From the IMG/VR virus record IMGVR_UViG_3300026484_000402, positions 16,341 to 80,340 of that record: a stretch of 64,000 bases of DNA; one strand, 5' to 3'. The notes under the pieces were generated by a model. That model had not been told where the DNA came from and did no database searches. It was given only the letters and a program-made list of their open reading frames with translations. This DNA is from a virus. Below, one piece after another: positions 60,952-64,000 of the stretch (the stretch's first letter is position 1; every line of letters starts with the position of its first letter). The position numbers and the translations under genes were made by a program.

Positions 60952-61125
60952 ATGAAAAAAAAAGTAAAAAATCTTTTTGATATTGTAATGGTTGTTCTTA
61001 TGTTTCCATTTGTTTTGATGGGGATAATGGTGGCATATACTTTTGCTACTATTGAATATGTTGTTGAACTTGTTTTTAAAGAAAGGAAAACAAATGATTT
61101 ACAAAATAGCAAGTCAAAAGATTGA
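60952..61125 (+). CDS. Small membrane protein, 57 aa (not in ORF track)
   Basis: AAGGAG RBS; MKKKVKNLFDIVMVVLMFPFVLMGIMVAYTFATIEYVVELVFKERKTNDLQNSKSKD; TATAAT upstream at 60921. Confidence 0.65.
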   Translation: MKKKVKNLFDIVMVVLMFPFVLMGIMVAYTFATIEYVVELVFKERKTNDLQNSKSKD

Positions 61126-62059
61126 AAAAAAAGCCATACTAGGTGAAGCAGCCATCGCTCTTGGCGCTCACCTTGCTCAAAATCAGGTTGTAAGAGGAAC
61201 TGCAGCAAAAGGAAGACTTGGAGAGCATTTAGCCTTAAGATTTTCTCCTAATTTATCTAGAAGACAAGCCGTTGTTAATGGAGGGGTAAATGCCATCTCT
61301 CCGGAAGTTCCTATTATAGAAAATGAGATTAGAGAATTTCTAGAAAAAGCAGACCTTAAGAATATGTCTCTTAGACAAAAAGCCGCTCTTAATTTTTTTG
61401 CTAAAGGTGACTGGCTAAAATTAAGAAAGAGAAATTTATTAGAACACATACATCCTAAATATGGAAAACTTCTGCAAGAACTGCCTGATGAGTCTGTAAA
61501 GAGGCTTCAAGAAACTTATAAAAGTGGCCCTCTAGGGCAAATATCATCAGATATGGTGAACTATTTAAAAAAGAATAAAGATGCAAGAAGAAATTTTTCA
61601 CTTGAGAAAAAACATAAAAAACTCGAACTTACTTCCGAAATAGCTAATAATGCAGCACTAGGAACAATTGACCCTGTTATTCCATTGTTTAATGGTGTTA
61701 AAAGATTTGGAGCATCCAAACTAGGAAATAACAATAAATTTATAGGAGAAACAAGAAAACAATTAAGAGACACTATGGTTGAACATCCAGCATATAAAGA
61801 CATGGATAAAGGTTTGAGGGGCGAGGCTTTATCAAGAAGAGAAAAAAATTACGCATATAATGTAGTAAATCCAATAACTGGACATCTAAGAGAATTAAGT
61901 AATGTGCTAGGTCAGGAAGTGGCGCAACACAAGCCTGAATATGTCCCTTTGATAAGGCAAACAGCGAAAGATGCAGATTCAAGGGTAGCCGGTCCTATTA
62001 GAAGAAAATTATCTCTCTTAAAAGAAAAAATGCCTTCTATAAGAAAGAAAAGAACTTAA
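61094..62059 (+). CDS. Basic putative virion internal protein with an MIYKIA leader
   Basis: Start moved to 61094 (AAGGA RBS): MIYKIASQKIEKKAILGEAAIALG. Confidence 0.7.
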   Translation: MIYKIASQKIEKKAILGEAAIALGAHLAQNQVVRGTAAKGRLGEHLALRFSPNLSRRQAVVNGGVNAISPEVPIIENEIREFLEKADLKNMSLRQKAALNFFAKGDWLKLRKRNLLEHIHPKYGKLLQELPDESVKRLQETYKSGPLGQISSDMVNYLKKNKDARRNFSLEKKHKKLELTSEIANNAALGTIDPVIPLFNGVKRFGASKLGNNNKFIGETRKQLRDTMVEHPAYKDMDKGLRGEALSRREKNYAYNVVNPITGHLRELSNVLGQEVAQHKPEYVPLIRQTAKDADSRVAGPIRRKLSLLKEKMPSIRKKRT

Positions 62060-62093
62060 TTAGCATTTATTTCTTTATTTCCTAGTTTTTTTG

Positions 62094-62128
62094 GGAAAAA
62101 TAAGCATTTTCGTGGTAAATATATATGA
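62094..62128 (+). promoter_or_regulatory. Candidate phage-specific promoter, copy 4, upstream of the large RNA
   Basis: GGAAAA-ATAAGCAT-TTTCGTGGTA-AA-TATATAT-GA. Confidence 0.6.
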
Positions 62129-63320
62129 AGCAGGAAGATTGCTTCAACGAGAAGGAAAACTCGTAAAAACCCCATGGACGTCCAGGTGACTCCCGCCTGT
62201 CAATAAGACAGGAGCGGTGTATAATAAGGCGGAGTGTCTAACACTAGGGCGTAAAAGATGGCGTGACGTGACCATCGTTCCATGGTATCTTCATTCGTAC
62301 AGGTTAGAGACCTGAGTCAAGTCTCTAAACTGACTCCATCCGTACGTGAGGTGTCTAGCGCCAGTAATGGTAAGCGGCCGAGTCTCGTAATGAGCACGGA
62401 GGGATAGGGAGAGCGACAGCGGGCTCCTTATCCAACGACAACTGGGAGAGACCAGTCGGGCAGGCTCCGCACTAGCTCGTTAACAGGTGCAGAGCGGAGA
62501 GGTGCAGGAAGGGCTGTGAAAGCCTGCACGCAGCGGAAACCTGGAGGGAGCCAGGTGATAAAAGAGGGTGCCTAGCAATCGTTTCCGCCGTCGTAAGACG
62601 GATTGCGGGGGCACCTGAGGAGATGAGACGCCGTAGCTAGTAACTACGGTTCCCGTAGAGTCGCAGGGAGTAAGTTCTCATCTCTAAGAGCGACCAAGAG
62701 GGGTTTGGCGCACGCCATAGAGGCGACTCTATGGTAGCCGCAATGCGCCTTGGGCTGACTAGCAATCAGTCCCTTGCACAGGATTTCCTGTGTAAGTAAT
62801 AAAGCCTTTTATAAAGTTCATTAAGTGAATTTTGTAAGAGGCTTTTATGCACTATGGTCTGCCTGTGGACCATTGAGCGAGCCTCACGCACACAGGCTAG
62901 TCAGACCCGAGACGATAAAATGCGGGTTGCGGAAGGTATCTGCCTTTGTACGGTGACACCCGACCTACAAAGGATAAACAGATGTCTTCCTAGATGCTTG
63001 CCCAGGACTGGTAACAGGTCCGGTGCCTGCATTAGCAGGTTCAAAGGGAACAGGGTTGACGCCGGGAATAAAGCCGGGGGACTTATCAGTTCCACCTTAG
63101 AGAACTGATTGTAGGAATGCATAAAATTCCAGAGCCCTAACAGACGGCCTCTGAATGAAATAGTCTGCTCATCGGATTCTTATGACCCTAAGTTCTTCCG
63201 ATGTAAAATAAGAAAAGAACCAGGGCGTCTCAGCTTGATACTGCATAGGAGTAGCGCACCTATGTAAGTCAAGTTGGGGCAGAAAAATAAATCCATCAAG
63301 GTGGGTTTATCTTTCTGCCT
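62127..63320 (+). ncRNA. Candidate large structured non-coding RNA, about 1.2 kb; family not identified
   Basis: Sharp GC rise, no credible ORF, more than 20 hairpins with G-U pairs on the + strand, GNRA loops (GTAA, GCGA), several loop-to-distal pairings; bounded by a promoter motif and a terminator; next to tRNAs. Confidence 0.8.
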
Positions 63321-63330
63321 GTGAAAAAAT

Positions 63331-63369
63331 AAAAAAGGAGAGGGGTCGAATAACTTCTCTCTTTTTTTT
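63331..63369 (+). terminator. Rho-independent terminator
   Basis: AAAAAAGGAGAGGGGT-CGAATA-ACTTCTCTCTTTTTTTT. Confidence 0.8.
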
Positions 63370-63430
63370 AGATTAAATTTTTTATATTGCTTTCATTTCG
63401 TACTAGAAGCAATAAAAGAAACTCTCTCTA

Positions 63431-63459
63431 TTGACATTGTGTGCGTAATATCGTATAAT
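63431..63459 (+). promoter_or_regulatory. Consensus sigma-70 promoter for the tRNA cluster
   Basis: TTGACA (63431-63436), 17 nt spacer, TATAAT (63454-63459). Confidence 0.85.
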
Positions 63460-63520
63460 TTCTTTGCTGAAAGTCAATAGCAATAATTTTCTTTCCATAA
63501 CTCTCCTTTTGGAGAGGTAC

Positions 63521-63608
63521 GGTAGAGTGGTCGAGTGGTTGAAGGCAGCCGGTTGCTAACCGGTCGAGGGTAACGCCTCCGTAGGTTCGAATCCTACCTC
63601 TACCGCCA
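63521..63608 (+). tRNA. tRNA-Ser(GCT)
   Basis: GGTAGAG/CTCTACC acceptor; GCCGG-TTGCTAA-CCGGT anticodon arm; long variable arm; TTCGAAT; CCA encoded. Confidence 0.95.
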
Positions 63609-63611
63609 TTA

Positions 63612-63733
63612 TGACGGCCCTGGTTGGTAATGGAGTATTGGTAAGTTCGAAGGCGTGCAATATCCTAGGTAAAAGCGCTATTGAATTTGGGCTTATCAAG
63701 AACAGGGGAGTTCGATTCTTCCCGCCGTTACCG
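63612..63733 (+). ncRNA. tRNA-like RNA with no canonical anticodon arm
   Basis: TGACGGC/GCCGTTA acceptor-like stem; GGGAG-TTCGATT-CTTCC T-arm; 14 bp helix in place of the anticodon arm; ends ACCG. Confidence 0.65.
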
Positions 63734-63737
63734 AAAT

Positions 63738-63828
63738 AGAGGGTTGGCCGAGTGGTTGAAGGCGACGGTCTTGAAAACCGTTGGACGTGATGAACGTTCC
63801 GTGGGTTCGAATCCCACACCCTCTGCCA
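63738..63828 (+). tRNA. tRNA-Ser(TGA)
   Basis: AGAGGGT/ACCCTCT; ACGGT-CTTGAAA-ACCGT; long variable arm; CCA encoded. Confidence 0.95.
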
Positions 63829-63833
63829 TTTAT

Positions 63834-63909
63834 TGGGCGGTCGCCAAGTTGGTAAGGCACCAGACTTTGACTCTGGCATTCGTAGGTTCGAGTCCTGCCC
63901 GCCCAGCCA
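63834..63909 (+). tRNA. tRNA-Gln(TTG)
   Basis: TGGGCGG/CCGCCCA; CCAGA-CTTTGAC-TCTGG; CCA encoded. Confidence 0.95.
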
Positions 63910-63910
63910 T

Positions 63911-63997
63911 GGAGCGATGCGCCGAATTGGTAAGGCAGCGGACTGTAAATCCGTGTCCCTAACGGGAATGGTAGTTCGAGTCTACCTCGCTCCACCA
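63911..63997 (+). tRNA. tRNA-Tyr(GTA)
   Basis: GGAGCGA/TCGCTCC; GCGGA-CTGTAAA-TCCGT; variable arm; ACCA end. Confidence 0.93.
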
Positions 63998-64000
63998 TAT

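Noticed and set aside
1122-61982. Many antisense shadow ORFs (e.g. 3098-3529, 4491-4889, 5154-5570, 7151-7552, 12516-12968, 27187-27648, 56134-56520)
   Set aside because: Ser/Phe/Ile-rich mirror translations opposite real genes, with no RBS
62626-62652. GACGCCGTAG..CTACGGTTC resembles group II intron domain V
   Set aside because: The hairpin is too short and lacks the upper stem and bulge; no GTGCG 5' end, no domain VI and no interrupted gene found
62800-62846. Long AT-rich hairpin followed by TTTT as a terminator splitting the region into two RNAs
   Set aside because: Not excluded, but the U-tract is short, no new promoter follows, and a 9 nt complementarity spans it, so it is treated as internal
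62854-63122. ORFs 62854-63108 (+) and 62901-63122 (-)
   Set aside because: No RBS, atypical composition, and they lie in densely paired GC-rich sequence where stop codons are rarer by chance
62127-63320. rRNA fragment, RNase P RNA or tmRNA as the identity of the large RNA
   Set aside because: No GAGGAAAGTCC, no tRNA-like paired ends with a T-arm and CCA, and no universal rRNA motifs recognised by eye; a covariance-model search is still needed
63612-63733. tRNA-Sec or Y RNA (YrlA) as the identity of the tRNA-like element
   Set aside because: No TCA anticodon loop or long variable arm; the ends form the acceptor-like stem rather than the permuted YrlA arrangement
63556-63998. ORFs 63556-63879, 63681-63962 and 63696-63998
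   Set aside because: They are translations of tRNA genes or their antisense strand
1-64000. CRISPR array, integrase, transposase, DGR or stop-codon reassignment
   Set aside because: No regularly spaced repeats, RT or integrase motifs seen; genes are intact and tightly packed under code 11, and no suppressor tRNA is present in the window

Overview
This is a 64 kb segment of a very AT-rich (roughly three-quarters A+T by eye) large tailed phage genome. Two-component spanins point to a Gram-negative host; a short GroES and extended -10 promoters suggest Campylobacterota, which is inference only. 1-11 kb: minus-strand replication/recombination/lysis block (SSB, GroEL-like chaperonin, DnaG, replication initiator-like protein, DnaB, RecE/RecT, HNH, M15 peptidase, SLT-like lysozyme). 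14-33 kb: plus-strand block with a stand-alone C-terminal RNA polymerase beta' subunit, spanins, a prohead protease-like protein, baseplate-like genes, tape measure, GroES and a tail-chaperone pair with a clean -1 slippery site. 33-59.7 kb: minus-strand block with a sigma-70-family factor and many structural or receptor-binding proteins (LamG, beta-helix, beta-propeller). 59.7-64 kb: radical SAM gene, a ~1.2 kb GC-rich non-coding, densely base-paired candidate large RNA, and the start of a tRNA cluster that contains one tRNA-like RNA with no anticodon arm. The strongest leads are (i) the large structured RNA, with its own promoter motif and terminator; (ii) a K-x-A motif repeated across the protease, acidic scaffold-like proteins and Gly-rich proteins, suggesting a protease cleavage/capsid-targeting code that includes a duplicated promoter-RBS-MLYKIA leader cassette; and (iii) a non-sigma70 promoter motif seen four times. 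All family calls come from motif recognition by eye; no searches were run.
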